A stretch of DNA of 56,528 nucleotides, the filler included, from Sluysia triapertura (lineage: Eukaryota), in the NCBI GenBank assembly GCA_046118255.1. It is 4 parts of 4 records of this genome, joined end to end, with 100 filler letters (N's around TTAATTAATTAA, not from the genome) between each part and the next. Parts side by side here need not be neighbours in the genome. Positions count along the whole stretch, not along the records: positions 1 to 16,725 come from JBJNIA010198598.1; 3 more parts are not named here. One strand, given 5' to 3'. Under the pieces are notes generated by a model, which was not told the origin of the DNA, did not search any database, and saw only the letters and a list, made by a program, of their open reading frames with translations. A program made the translations under genes and the position numbers. Positions 1 through 13,400 of this stretch are shown here, one piece after another (positions within the stretch are counted from its first letter, which is position 1; the number at the start of each line of letters is the position of its first letter).

Positions 1-200
1 GAATGTAGTGGTTTATTGAGTTGTGAGTGTTTGAGATATAGATTATTTCGTTGGTGAATGTGAGTTGGAAAAGTGTTGTGATTATGTATTGTTGTTTTAT
101 GTGATGGATTGTGTGGTGATTATGGTTGCAGAGTATGATTATGATAAATTTAGTTTTGAAGGGGTTGTTTACCATCTTAACTTACAGAGTTGGCCACTAA
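1..200 (-). repeat. GT-skewed (CA-rich on minus) segment of a dispersed family, related to 23850-24250 and 50130-50760
   Basis: Strong strand skew. Shares the motif GTTGGCCACTA (188-199) with 24238-24248. Relationship judged by eye only. Confidence 0.35.
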
Positions 201-399
201 AATGTAGGCAAAAAGATGATGACAATGACGACAATGACGACTATATATGTAATAACGATGATGATGATGATGACATTGACAAGCTAGGTGTGTGTAGTAT
301 ATAAATAATCACACATTGATAAAGGAATTCACAATAACTAATTTTAACAATTTTTGAAATGTTTTTTGAAATATTTTTGTCGAAAATCCAAGGAATATT

Positions 400-1476
400 A
401 TGCCTATGACTGGAATAATGACAGTTAATCCTAGGATGCATGAATCATGTAATGGTACATCGTACGAGTATGTTCAATGTCGACATCATTTCTTTATAGA
501 TGCTGTTCCGAGTAGAGTTAGCGAAATTTTGAATGGTAAAAATGTTCAACAATGTACGACAGACTTCAAGTGTGGTCAACTGATCCTGAAAATTCATGTA
601 GACGCTCCTATATTTAAAATACTTACAACTAATTTGAATTTGATAATGGTTAACAAGGCGACCTATCGAGTAATGAAAGACAGAGACTAAATCGATAGAG
701 TAATTTAAAATTGCTCAACATGAAGATAAAAGCTTAGTCATTTCAGATGTTATTGATAAATTCAGATATAGTTCTTCTCTTTCTTAACAACTTTTAAGAA
801 CATTAAACATCTCATATGTGTTGATAACGTGATGGTTTTTAAAATTAATGATATATTCACGATTAAACGGTATATTGGATACGTTATAGAATACAACTCT
901 TTTCTTTTGTTAACGATTTTTAAGAATATTAAAAAACTTATGTATGTTAATAATGAGATAGAATTTGAAATCAAAAACATATTCATGATGAAGCTATGTA
1001 AATTCAAAATACCGTCAGTTAATTTAAATTTCATATTCGTTAACAATGTTAGATTTTTTTACACTGTTCGGCACCTCCGAACCTGGACTGAATCTCGAAC
1101 AATTCGTCGGCCATCACAATGTCGAGTGGTTAACCATGGAATTCGAAAGTTATTTGTAATGGAGGTGAATTATTGGCATAAAGTCAGAATCTCGTTGAAT
1201 GACTTGAATATTACCCTGATCAATATTGTTGCTGTCCGAGTCAGCGTCGTAAATCCTTTTGAAATACAAGGTTTTCTTATTGATAAAACTAATAGTGTAT
1301 CGAGAATAATAATAAAATTTTCAATTTTGTGGATCTTTAATAAATTCATATTGAACTCTTATGTTTTTAGTAATTATTTTGGATATATGTTACTTAAATG
1401 CCTTAAGCATAACTTGTGTAATGGTAATCAATTAATAGAGTTAATAATAATGTTCATAATGACAATCATTTATTAA
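400..1476 (+). pseudogene. Decayed intronless orphan gene (~360 codons) with an internal 42-aa repeat and hydrophobic C-terminus
   Basis: ORFs 400-690 and 829-1476 are in the same frame, bridged by an open shifted frame (IAQHEDKSLVISDVIDKFRYSS). Repeat with 126-nt period: FLTTFKNIKHLICVDNVMVFKINDIF vs LLTIFKNIKKLMYVNNEIEFEIKNIF. A 215-codon ORF is very unlikely by chance at this AT content. Confidence 0.55.
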
Positions 1477-2636
1477 TAATTAAACATCATAATTTTACAA
1501 ATGTAAAATAACATCCACAATACTTGTATTTTTTGATTTTAGTAGTACCATATTATTATTTGCTTAAAGGCTAAAAATTGAATAACTTTCACTATTTATA
1601 TTCACATTGAGCTTAGGGCTCTTAAAACATTTACAATTACTACAATAGGCTTAAAATCTTTTTAAAGCATGGATAAAATGAAGTTGCGATTTTAAACTTT
1701 AGAAATGAACAGATAACCTTTAAAATTTATATACAAAGGATATGATGCTTATTGTATTACTTATTAATGTTGTACTAGTACCTTCATTACGAACCTGAAT
1801 CAAATACTGACTAGAAATATCGTCATCATCACCGTCATCTGTGTGATTGTTACAAACATCTGTCATTTCACAACAACTAGAAGAATTGATTGTTAATATG
1901 TGATTTATATTATAAATAAATAAATTTGTGTTCTTGGTAGCTTATGTTTAATTTGTGAATTCGATGCTTACGAAAAACTGGGAGAAATACATGACGCGTT
2001 CTAGGAATTGAAAGTTCATTTGAGCAATTTTTAAGTACACTTTTTCATTTTCATAGCAGGCTTTTTGGATAATACGAAAAATTCTGGATTTGCACTGGTA
2101 ATAAGTTCGATTTCTTTTTTGGCCGTTTTCCAAAGCTTCACTAAGAAGGAAAATCTTTTTATCGCACAATAAAACACGTCCAGATAAAACAATTTTTCAT
2201 GAATTACATACATCATCATATTTAAGCAGAACATGATTTACATTGTATTTTTCGTAGACAGCCTTTAAAAACTTTAATCTTTTCTATTGTTTTAAAAATA
2301 ACCTTAACAGAAACACATTGATTAGCGCAGTGGTTTTCACACTTTTGGTGCTACGGCACTTTACGAGTCCACATTTTTTCTCGACCCTAGGGACTAAAAT
2401 AAAAATAAAAAATTTTTTTAACCAAAAAATTAAAATATTTTTAATAATAACGATCTTGCAAATTCTGACATAAAATATCAAATCTTGGCTCTATTTCGGT
2501 AATGGCTGGTCTCAGTACTAATTCCAGATCTTTAAAATTCGATCGACATTTTGTCGCCTAATAATATCAATAAAAGAATAATTGTATTACAAATTATTTA
2601 AAATTAGACTTATATTTAAAGAACTTTGAAATTTCT

Positions 2637-2678
2637 AGCGATCCACTGGTGAGTCGCGACCCATTTTGAAGAACACTG
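2637..2678. mobile_element. hAT (Charlie/Buster-like) terminal remnant
   Basis: GAGTCGCGACCCA...TTGAAGAACACTG; the reverse complement CAGTGTTCTTCAA resembles the CAGTGGTTCTCAA-type hAT TIR with its GGGTCGCGACCC subterminal palindrome. No partner end found. Confidence 0.4.
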
Positions 2679-3517
2679 GTTTAAAGGATATTGTCACTCT
2701 GGTCTTAGAGATAAAAAAACTAATAAAACCATCAACTTCATTTAAATTATTCATTTGTTTAATCTTTAAAAGTTTGGTAATCAAAAAACACCTTTTTAAA
2801 AAAATAAAATTTTTGATAAAATATTGAAAATAAATTTATAGTAATAAAATTAATAATATAATTATAGTAATAAAATTATTATAACAAAAGTAAAATATTT
2901 AATATTATAATATTTGAGATTATATGATTTAGAAAAGTTTTTAAAGATGTGAAAATGAAATAATAATTTGAATTAACAGTTCAATAGTGATGAATTTGGT
3001 TACGAATCATCACTTGATTAAATAAGTTAAGATTGTCGCATATTTGAAGTTGGCATCAAGGTAAATAAAATCGATAAAATGATCTGAAACAATTTAAATA
3101 GTCAATAAAACTGAAATAAATCACTTTACTAGTAAAATTATTCTCGCCTTATTTTTCTTATCTTTTTAATAATCAAATAAAAATAAGAAAATGCTGAAAA
3201 ATAATGAAATGGCCTTCAAGGTCATAAAACGTTTAATGAAAAAAATAATAATAAAAAAGTTGAGAGTTGACTTATTTTTCTGGAATATGGTAAAGTTGAA
3301 AACAGTGAAAACAGTATATACTAAAATTTACAGCGCTTTGTAATTATTTGATGGAAATAGTATTGAAGGTATTTGAAAGTAGTTAACTTGAATGTGCAGA
3401 CTTAATGAACGTATGGTATAATAATTAGGCGTTTGTGTGATTTAATTTTTATGCTAATCATTGCTTTTAAAATGTTACATTCAATATAAATATTTATATA
3501 ACTTTTGTTAATTATAG

Positions 3518-3676
3518 ATTAGTTACGTGATTGCCAGTGGTGCTTACGGAAATGTATTGAAGGCATATGATAGCAAATCAAAAAGAGATGTAGCTATCAA
3601 AGTGATAGATAAATCACGAGTTTTATCCGAAGGTCCTGGAGCTATTCAGCAATGCAAAGATGAAGTATTAATACAA
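3518..3676 (+). CDS. RSKR: Ser/Thr kinase exon (subdomains I-III), RSKR/SGK494-like
   Basis: TATAG acceptor and GTTTGT donor. ISYVIASGAYGNVLKAYDSKSKRDVAIKVIDKSRVLSEGPGAIQQCKDEVLIQ has a Gly loop and VAIK; QCKDEVLIQ matches the SGK494-type QCKEEVSIQ. Confidence 0.8.
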
Positions 3677-4391
3677 GTTTGTATTTTTTTTAAAGTAAAA
3701 ACTCAAATGAATAAAATATTAATGTAAACATTTATTTGTCATTTGGTAGAGTACTAGCTTTACGCTTGTGTATGCTATTTTGTGAAGAAAGAAAAAGAAT
3801 ATTTTAGTTGTATAATTAATGTTACTAAATTAATCTTGGATGTCAGTTCATGACAAGTATGTGATAACAATAATATGCAAATATTATGAATGATTTGAAT
3901 AATCTTACAATGATAATCAAATGCAGGTCTGTAAATTATTTTTAGATAAATATAAGAATGTACTTTTACTTTTTAATGATAGTGAGAGATTTTGACACAA
4001 TATATTTTTGTTTGATAATTTCGTTTGGATTAAAACCTTTTTCTAAAATTGTCTGATTAGACACAAAATTACAATCTTTTCAGTTCAACATTTTATGAAA
4101 TTAAAATGAAGAATCTACTTATGTAGTTATTGGTAACAATATATTTAAACAAGTTTTTGAATGTGTAGGTTTTGACAATTCTGCTGTGCATATAATATTG
4201 ATTAAATCTGATATTGTTTGTTTTGAATTATAAAATAGTTTGAAATAAATTTATTCCGTTTGAGCAAGACATTTCGTTACATAATTGATTTTGAAATTCG
4301 AAAAAAGCCTAAAGTTACTTTATTAAAACTGAAATATTTTTAACAAATATTATTAACAATTTCTCAATATAAAAATTATTCGATATTTCAG

Positions 4392-4464
4392 TCAGATTTG
4401 CCGAAGAATTCATATATTGTTGAGTTGGTCTCATTTTGGCAGACTAGAAATAGATTATATCTAG
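4392..4464 (+). CDS. RSKR: Next exon of the RSKR/SGK494-like kinase (subdomain IV)
   Basis: TTTCAG acceptor, phase 0 matching the previous exon. SDLPKNSYIVELVSFWQTRNRLYL resembles HPFVHSLGDSWQGKRHLFI. GT donor at 4465. Later exons not found. Confidence 0.75.
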
Positions 4465-4467
4465 GTT

Positions 4468-4499
4468 TATTATTATTATTAATATTATTATTATTATTA

Positions 4500-4551
<52 letters not shown>
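4468..4551. repeat. (ATT)n microsatellite
   Basis: Directly visible trinucleotide run. Confidence 0.95.
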
Positions 4552-4552
<1 letters not shown>

Positions 4553-5391
4553 AAGTTTGTCATAATTTGTTCATATAATATAATCCTTCTGTCAAGTAAT
4601 TTAAGCATTATACTAAAACTTAGATTATAATAATAAATTTATTGAATCAGTCTTAACCAATAATCCTTCTTATGAACCTGTTAAGTTGTCATCACAACCC
4701 TCGAAAATCGTATAAAATGATCGAAAATTATTTGTCTTTTAAAACTCTAAAATCACTTAAAAAATGTTTATTTTCCAAAAAGGAAAATAAAATTTTTAAA
4801 AAATAAAATTCGCTTCTAAAAATAGAATAGAAGCTTCTGAAATGTTCTAGAACATTCCATCGATTCCCATTGGCTGATGACTAGTATATAAGTTAGCATC
4901 AGTTTAATGAGAATTGCCATTTTGAAAATTTTTTAGCTTTTAAAAAATTATTATTAGTCTCGATTTTATTCAATTTCCGTCGTCATTGCTTTCGAATTTT
5001 ATTTAATTCTGATGGTATATTGGTTCAAAAGCTGTTTATGTTCCATGTACTCCCTAAGTTATTTTTATTCAGTTATTTAATTTAGTAAAATATTTGTATC
5101 ATAAAATCAACACAAATGTTTCGATTTTAAGTAAATATTTAGTAAGTTTCCCTGATACATTGAGAAGTAAAATCCGCGTAAAATTATTATAAGCACAATT
5201 AAAATCCCTTAGTGGTTTTAATTTGAATTTTTTGTTATTACTTTGTCTCTAAACTTATATTATTAATTAATATAATAATGTTAATTTATTATTAAAATTG
5301 TGTTTTAATACAGCGTAAAATTTGTCATACAGCTATTTATTTTACAAAGAATAACTTTTACAAAGTTTTTTTAAAAGCATATGTTATATTA

Positions 5392-6233
5392 CACTCATAG
5401 ATGCTCAAAAAGTCGTACGTGCACTTCAAGGCAGCGTATTAACCTAGAAATCCAAGTTCATCTAGTGTTTTGAATGGTATCTTGGAGTTATCGTTCAAAG
5501 CATTTGTTGCATGAGCCCTGGCACAATCCAGTTGCCATGTCTATATTTGGTCGTCCATTATATTTCGCATATCGTTGAACATCTTTAGGCACATCTTTTC
5601 ACAATAAACTTGTTGATTAGGACTCTGATAATATCCTTCAAGAAATCGAAGCTCCATTTTGCGATACCATGAAACTGCAGCATAACACAGAACAGATGGA
5701 TGCAAATTGTTGTATTCCACAAGTATATCTTCCTCGGGTATGTCAGTTTTTACACGTACTTCTCGGTAAACGCGATCTTTTTGTGTATTCAAAGGCGGTT
5801 GTAATGAAAACCATATTCTTTTCCAAGCACACTCTGGTTCAAAGCGATTGATCAGTCATACGATTTGTTTTTGCGCAATTTCTGATGTTGCTCAGTGAGG
5901 AAGTTACATTTTATTCGACGATAGTATTTCAGTTCACTTTTTTGAGAATTTCAAACACTGATGTTTTCGATATATTGAGATGTCGAGCGATTTCTCGTTG
6001 AGTGAAATGACTTCTGTTCACTACACCGTGACGCACAGGTGAATGACTAAATATTTTACTGTGGAACGTGCTTCGTACAAAAATTCGTTTCTTTGGACTC
6101 GTTCCTTTATGGAGTGTACGAGCTATATCAGGATATCTCACAAGTTGCCCCTCAAAGTGATACACGAGCTTGGATTTCTAGGTTAAGACGCTGCTTTGAA
6201 GTGCACGGACGACATTTTGAGCATATATGAGTG
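5392..6233 (-). mobile_element. Internally deleted Tc1/mariner element (DD37D/maT-like or related DDxD) with ~70-bp TIRs
   Basis: TA|CACTC...GAGTG|TA ends; TIRs ~5392-5458 and ~6167-6233. Minus-strand transposase remnants: HTH FTQREIARHLNISKTSVFEILKK, NTQKDRVY, SVLCYAAVSW, WQLDCARAH, C-terminus WISRLIRCLEVHVRLFEHL*. Confidence 0.85.
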
Positions 6234-6391
6234 TAATATAACTATTATCATACAATTATAGGTTCAATTTAAGAACCTTATTAAAATCATTTACTGGTTC
6301 CAAGTAAGAACCAAATTAAAATATCAATTAGTTGAAATAAAAAATAATTATCTTTTTAGAAACCTCCAAGAGATTTTTGTAAATTCTTTAT

Positions 6392-6462
6392 AATCCAACG
6401 GTTGGCCATTCTTTAGTAAGCCCAATACGTTGGTGGACTCACCTTTAAGATTACTTTTATTC
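6392..6462 (+). repeat. Short dispersed hairpin-forming repeat, copy 1 of 3
   Basis: AATCCAACGGTTGGCC...GTAAGCCCAATACGTTGGTGGACTCAC...TTTTATTC; similar to 29496-29571 and 28372-28437. Confidence 0.75.
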
Positions 6463-6873
6463 TGTGTATACTTTACGTCACATTTTCTTACATTATTATC
6501 AAATTATTAAGTTCTTTATTAATTAAATTTTCACAAAATTAATATAATTTGTTACTACCATCACCAGTGTTGACATTCCTCATCACAATCATCATTATTG
6601 TGTCAACAATGATGATGGCCAATCATTCATCAATACTAATTCTATAAATAAATTTTAGTAGTCATAACTCTCATCCAATCAGGTCTAATTTTATTAAACT
6701 GTATACTAGAGAATACTGATTGGATGACCAACCACTGGTCAGCAACTAAAAAGTAAAATGTTAAATTAAAAAATCATTACTTTTTACTAGTATTGGACAG
6801 TGTAACAAATAAACCTTTGTAGTTGTTGAATATTTTGTGTTTTATATCATATTAATTGGAGTATTTTCTTGTA

Positions 6874-8051
6874 ATGAAAATGTTTCAACCCAACTATGAA
6901 GATCAATTAATAAAATCTAAATCAGAAATACAATTTATAAACTACCTATAATCGAGAAACAATGAATTACTATCGTGTTCTCCTGATTAATTCCAAAGAA
7001 GTGATTATGTTAAATTCAATAAAAATTCGCCATCGAAAAGGACAACCCGACTGATAAATAATCAAGCATTGAATTTATTTCGTAATCAACCTAAAACCAT
7101 TGCTCTTATCGCAACAACCTGTCATTATGTTGTCTCTAAAGATCATGCGATATTGAAGTCAGTAAATATGTCTTATTCCAACAAGATTAGTGAATTCATG
7201 ATAAATTGAGTTTAATAACTGAACATCCACAACAATCTAACATTATTTGCGAAAATATTGCTACTAATTCGTCATATTTATTATTAGACATAGATAATTC
7301 AATTACATTGTTAAGATCACGATCTATAAAAGTATTTGGCAGATCTAAATCAATACTGATATACCGATATATGTTATACTGATAATATTAAATATAGCAT
7401 GATATTAAATATAGTACAAGTAAATATAGCGCAAACAACATGCTTATTGGATGTCACCGTTTTTACCATAAACTATAAAGAATCCGATTACGTATTACCA
7501 ATGATTTTTGCAAATGAAAATAATAGATTTAATAAATTAAAGTTTATCTCGGTTCGAGTTATTTACATTATTAATAAGATTTCCGGTCATAATAGCTATT
7601 ATGTTTTAGTTCATTTCGTTAAACTTATCATAAAGTGTGGACAGAATAAAGTCGTTACAATATTAGCTTCTAAAGACAGTCTAACTCAAGAATGTATTCA
7701 TAATTTCCTAGTCGATACAAATTTTAGTTTTCTGTCAAATATTAATCTCCGAGGTCCTCAATCCAATCTAACCATTCTACGATCCAAAATGAGATTTAAG
7801 TTGTTATTCGACGTTCCAATTGACCTCAATGATGCAAATAGATTTAACATATATATAAGAAAATTTTACGACTTATATTTTCTTCAAAATAAACATAAGA
7901 ATTATCGTGAAAATTCATCAGTAGTAAATTTTTATTTTTTATATTTATACTTTTATATAAATATTCTATCTTTTTTTAGATTGTTTGCCTTGCACTAGGA
8001 TTCATGATGTACATTGGGATGCAGATCGGAAAACAATATATAAATATGTAA
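6874..8051 (+). pseudogene. Decayed orphan gene, possibly a membrane-anchored protein
   Basis: The frame of ORF 7399-7998 continues upstream to ATG 6874 with a few stops. A possible short intron (~7921-7979) leads to the TM-like end IVCLALGFMMYIGMQIGKQYINM*. CCAAT/ATTGG motifs and TATAAATA lie at 6619-6725. Confidence 0.5.
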
Positions 8052-10445
8052 TAATTAAGAAAATTTTAATATTCAATTTTTTTTATCATAACTCTATATG
8101 TAAATTAATAAAAGTTTGTCTTCATATATCTCTTAAAGACCCTAGTGATAATGTATTATGGAAAAATTTTAATCTTGTAAAATTTTCTTATAAAATAAAA
8201 TATAGTTCCAAGAAAAACCAACTAAATAATCCTAATTTACTCGAATATGTCTAAAAAAATTAAATCCATTAAATTATCTTATCAGAATTTCTTGTTATGT
8301 AATAGATTTAATAAGAATAAAGAATTTATCATAATTTTATTAATGTATTTTAAAGTAACCATTTCGAACCGTTTTTCGGCCATTCAAATTGATGTAAATA
8401 ATTCAAAATAATTTTTCCAAATAAAATCTGTATTTAATTTAATTTTCTCATGCCATTTTAGAATGCCACTTAAAATATTAACCAAAACTTTTTTTACTGT
8501 TCTAAAATATTTATAAAAATAATAAAGTCACTGAAATTCTTTGTTGTAACTTCGATTTCTTATTGCATATTCTTTGTAAATTAATTATTTTAATATAAAA
8601 ATATTACTTAACAATATAGAATCATTAAAAAATTGACACAATTAATTAACTTCTCAAAACTATAAATTTTGTCGCATATATTATGGTCCTATTTTAAGTA
8701 AGGACTTACACTAATTTATATAGTCATAAATTATTAAAATTAATCGAATTTGTATATTTTTGAACGTCATTTGAAGAAGACTGTAAAATTTCATATTTCA
8801 CAACCTATTTTAAAGAAGGATTTAAAATCATTTGTAAAGACTAAAACCATAGTCATTAACGAGTTATGAACTCAAAACGTTGATCAGTATATTTTATAGT
8901 CTTGTTTTAGCAATTATTGTAAACGCATGTATTAACTTGATTTTTCTTTTTTTGATTTTAAATCCCGTGGACAACCCTTAAGGCGAATTCACTAATATGT
9001 ATTTAAAATAAATCTTGATTGCAGTTGCAATTAATGATGTAAGTAAATATGTTAATAATTGTATGCTTAATAATAAATATGCCAAAATAATTGGACATTA
9101 ATTTTTATTTAATAATGCAGATTATAATACTAATACATTATACGTAATTCCATACAGAAAATTGCCATTACAATCGAATATATCAACAAGAATCTGATGT
9201 AAAGATCTAATGTAACACTTTATCTTAAAGAATTACATTATTCTTTATTACAATTATTAAATTATTACAATTAATGTTATGGAAATTTTGAACATCTCTT
9301 AGAAATAAAAAAATTCTGATATCTAAATAAATGTCATTAAGGTATAACAATTTATATAAAATCATAAGTTTCAAAAATATACAACCAGATACGAGAGCAT
9401 ATTAAATTTTTGGAAGATTTTGAAACATTTAATGAGATAACATTTTTCTCTTTAAGAAATATTGTTAGTGATTTATTATAAGTACTTATTTTATTATAAA
9501 TATTAATTGATATTTTTAAATATTTATATACTTCAAAAATAAATAAATTAATTACTGATAATCAATTAGAACAACTTTGACTTAGCAATAGTTATTCAGC
9601 TTAATTTAAATTATTATTTATTTAATGTTTTTAAATAGCAGAAAAATAATTCCAATCTTGATAATATTGTTAAAAATCAAATTAAATTGTTAAGTACTGT
9701 CATATTTTTCATTGTTTTTGATAAAAAAATTAAGATTTAATTGCTGATTTAACTTGTTTACTTTTTCAATTTCTCATTTAATTTTTCATTTGTGAATAAT
9801 ACTTTGGTACTTGTGTCTTATCTATCAAATTATAATTGTTTTTAATAATTTTTGTTTAAACTAGATTATTATTTATTTTTTAGCTTTAGAAATGAAGATT
9901 TTTGATCTTCAAAGAAAGGTGTCATATTGCAAGTAAATTTTATTTATTTATTTATTGCAAAATTAAATATTTTATTAAAAACTACTTATATTATTAGTCA
10001 ATTAGAAATTATAAATAAACATTAAAGAAATAACAAACACATTTTAATTTAAATGAAAATATTTTAAAAGATGCAAATAAAATCAAAGTAATAAACAAAA
10101 TGTAATTTATTTACTAAAACTTTTCAAATATATTTTTTCGATTATAAAATTCGACAATGAGTTGAAATATATTTACATTTTTATTTCTAGTATTCAGTTA
10201 ATTATACCTTGAAATGTTTATTATTGCATTTATTAAAGTTTGGACTAATTAATTGAAATGGATAGTAATTTATTTTTTTATGTAGAAATTTTGATAAATA
10301 CTCATTTTAAAAATAACAAAACAAATCATTCTATAAAGTAGAATTCTATGTAGAACTTAAAAATAAAATATCATTAAATTAACTGCTGAAATAATATATG
10401 TAATTTATCAACATAAACAAAATGTTTAAAAATGATGTTTATAAG

Positions 10446-13400
10446 TTATTTTAATAAAATAAATATCAATTAATTATTAATTTTTATTTGCTAACTAAAA
10501 CATAAACATTCATACATGTACCTATGTAACTAATGAAAGATTTTAATTTATAAACTATGAGTCTCATTGTAAAGCTTAGTTTAGTAAATTACGTTTTTAA
10601 ATTAAAATGCAGCAATAATTTCGAATAAGTGTTAAAATAACCTCTTAATATAAGACTTTCTTTTAGAAAGAAAGAAAATTATAAAAAAGAATATCTTAAA
10701 ATACAAAAGCATTTCTTTTTTCTTATTTTGAAATATTTGATTTTTTTCCATTTTTCCAGCTATAAAATTATAAAACAATTTGTATATCAAATAACTGTAT
10801 TTTTATATTTATTTTAACAGTTACTATTTATATGGAAAACAAAATACTTATAATCAATTTTCGATGTCTTAAATAATGAAACTTTTAAAATACATTCATA
10901 ATAACGTTTTACTTAAAATTATACAAAATTAAAAATTCAAAACTCACAAAAATAATGATTAAATAAATAATCTTTTCAAAAAAGATTTTAACAAATTTTT
11001 CATATTTAAATTACAGAAGTGTTATTTAAATTTAGTTTTACGTATACAATTAAATTTATTAGCATACGTTAATTCAAAAATTTTATCTCTAATAAATTAA
11101 GAACTATTAAAGCTATATTAACATAAACACAAAACATTTTTTCGTTTACCACTTTTTATAATTAATAGCAGGAAAAATCCTAATCTTAAACAGATATCTA
11201 TACGAAATAATAGAGAAATAACAAAAAATATTTCATTAAAATATTAAAACTCGTTTCATTTTAGATAATATTTAATAAACTATATTTTCATTAGTGTCAA
11301 GTTGTACGAGATTAAGAATTATGAAAATTTAAACAATACATATATTGCATAAATTATATAAATTTAAAAGATATAACTATAAATAAATGCATTAAGCTCA
11401 TAAATTTTCAAAATTTCAAAGCTAATTTGTCATCAAAAGTGTACTGATTGAATTAATTTCTGCGTTTATTTTTAAAATTGTATTTTACCTGTAATTCCTA
11501 ATGTAATGAACTTTATATTTCTCGTTGATTCTGAGCAAGAAAAAAATATGAATCTTTTTTTATGAATCTTTTAAATTATTTTAATCACTGAAATAGCAAT
11601 TTTTCTTTTTCTTTCAGATTTGTCACTCTTCACACAACCATTGAAACTTTGAAGTTTCAACACAATGTATTAATGATTTATTATGATTAATTCTTTAAAT
11701 AGATTCTTTAAATAGAATCATTTATTTCCATCAATAAAAATCTCAGCAAGATGGTTGGTCTTTATAAAATGCAGAACTAAACCATGAAAATTTATTTCTG
11801 TTAAAACCAGCATGGAATAGACATTTTTTTATCTATTCAGTGGCTACTATGGTTGTAGATGATTTATGAAAACGAGGAATTCCTTTTGAACTATTTCACA
11901 TTTAGTCGAATTATTTTAAATTATAGAAATCCAGAAGGATACTTCCAATGAAAAATTAATTTTACATTTGGAAGACTTTAATGATTTAATGATTTTTCTG
12001 GTTTCCTTTTACAATAAGTTAATACAAGTAAATACAAGTTTTCAATTTTGATTTCGTCTACAGTATTTTTTAAATCATTAAAAATATAATTTGAATAACT
12101 TGTATTTTTAAATCATCTAAGGCAGGTAATTATAATAATAGAAATAACAATGAATCACCATTCCAGGTTATTAGATTATTTAGTTATTGTCATCGAAACA
12201 TACTGAAGTAGTTAAATAGTTATTAAATTCTTGATAACTTGTATCTCTCAAACAAATTTATTTCTTAAGACATCTAAGCTTGTCCACATAATGACAAATT
12301 ATCTTACTAATTTATTTAATAATATTAAGAAAGAACAAAGAGATACAGATTTTGTTTAATGCCGTATGTAAGATCTATATTAAATCTTCCACTTAACAAA
12401 TTTTGTAGAATTTTGATTATTCTTTAAAGTATCTAATCCAAAAAATTAATTACTCGTTTCTATGATTTTTAATATTTTAATATAGTTAAACAAACAAATA
12501 AAAATAGAATTATCAACCAGAGAAACAAATTGTTCAATCAAATAATGTGCCATTAACTGTAGGATCTATATTTCAATAATCCACGCAATCCAACTTTATT
12601 GCAGCAAACATGTGTGAATTTTATATTTTTTCTGTAAAATTTTGTAATTGATAATAAATGTGCTTAAACATGTATAGGAAAACAAAAGGTGCAAGTACTA
12701 AAATTTTCAACTCACATATCCAATTACATAATGGGAATTAATTGCACATTTTTTGGTATTGTGAATAATTTCTTTTTGTCAGTTTTCTTAAAAGCAAAAC
12801 CAAAATTCACTACAATGAACACTTTTCTGATCAATGCGTTTGTTTTAAATATAAAATTTGATATTTGATATAAAATTGTGTGTCTCATCATGTAGATCCA
12901 CACTAATTTCAGTCAATAGAATATTATAGCAATAATTGTTGGTTTTTCTAAACATATTAAATCTTAACATATTACAATTGTACAAATGTTCCAACCATTT
13001 ATTATTTTAATTTTCCGTTAATGGAGTCTTGATATAATTATTCGTCAATATTAAATTAAGCAATATTTTTAGTATATAATTTATTATTGATTGAAATTTT
13101 ATTAAATTAAATTTAAACTAAAATAAAAGTATTTAAATAAAATTAATTATAAAATTGGAACGAAAGTTTTGTCCGATATAAAATAATATTTATTTAATTA
13201 ATAAAGACAATATGAAGAAATGTTTAGTTAAAATGAATTATTAAATCCTTTTCAAATGTTTAATTTATATCGTATAATTAAATAATTGTTACTGATAGCT
13301 ATCATTTAAAAAATATTATTTTGTGGCTTGTGATGGAGCTTAATCGAGGCGACCTGACGTATTTTTTGTGGAAAGATAGAATGAGTGCTCCAGTAATTGA

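Noticed and set aside
1800-2260. Possible remnant of a transposon-associated nuclease with Cys/acidic tail (SSCCEMTDVCNNHTDDGDDDD)
   Set aside because: Motif matches are too weak and need several frameshifts.
4685-5050. Solo-LTR-like stretch (TCACAACCC start, AATGTTCTAGAACATT palindrome, TATA box)
   Set aside because: No second copy, TSD or PBS in the window.
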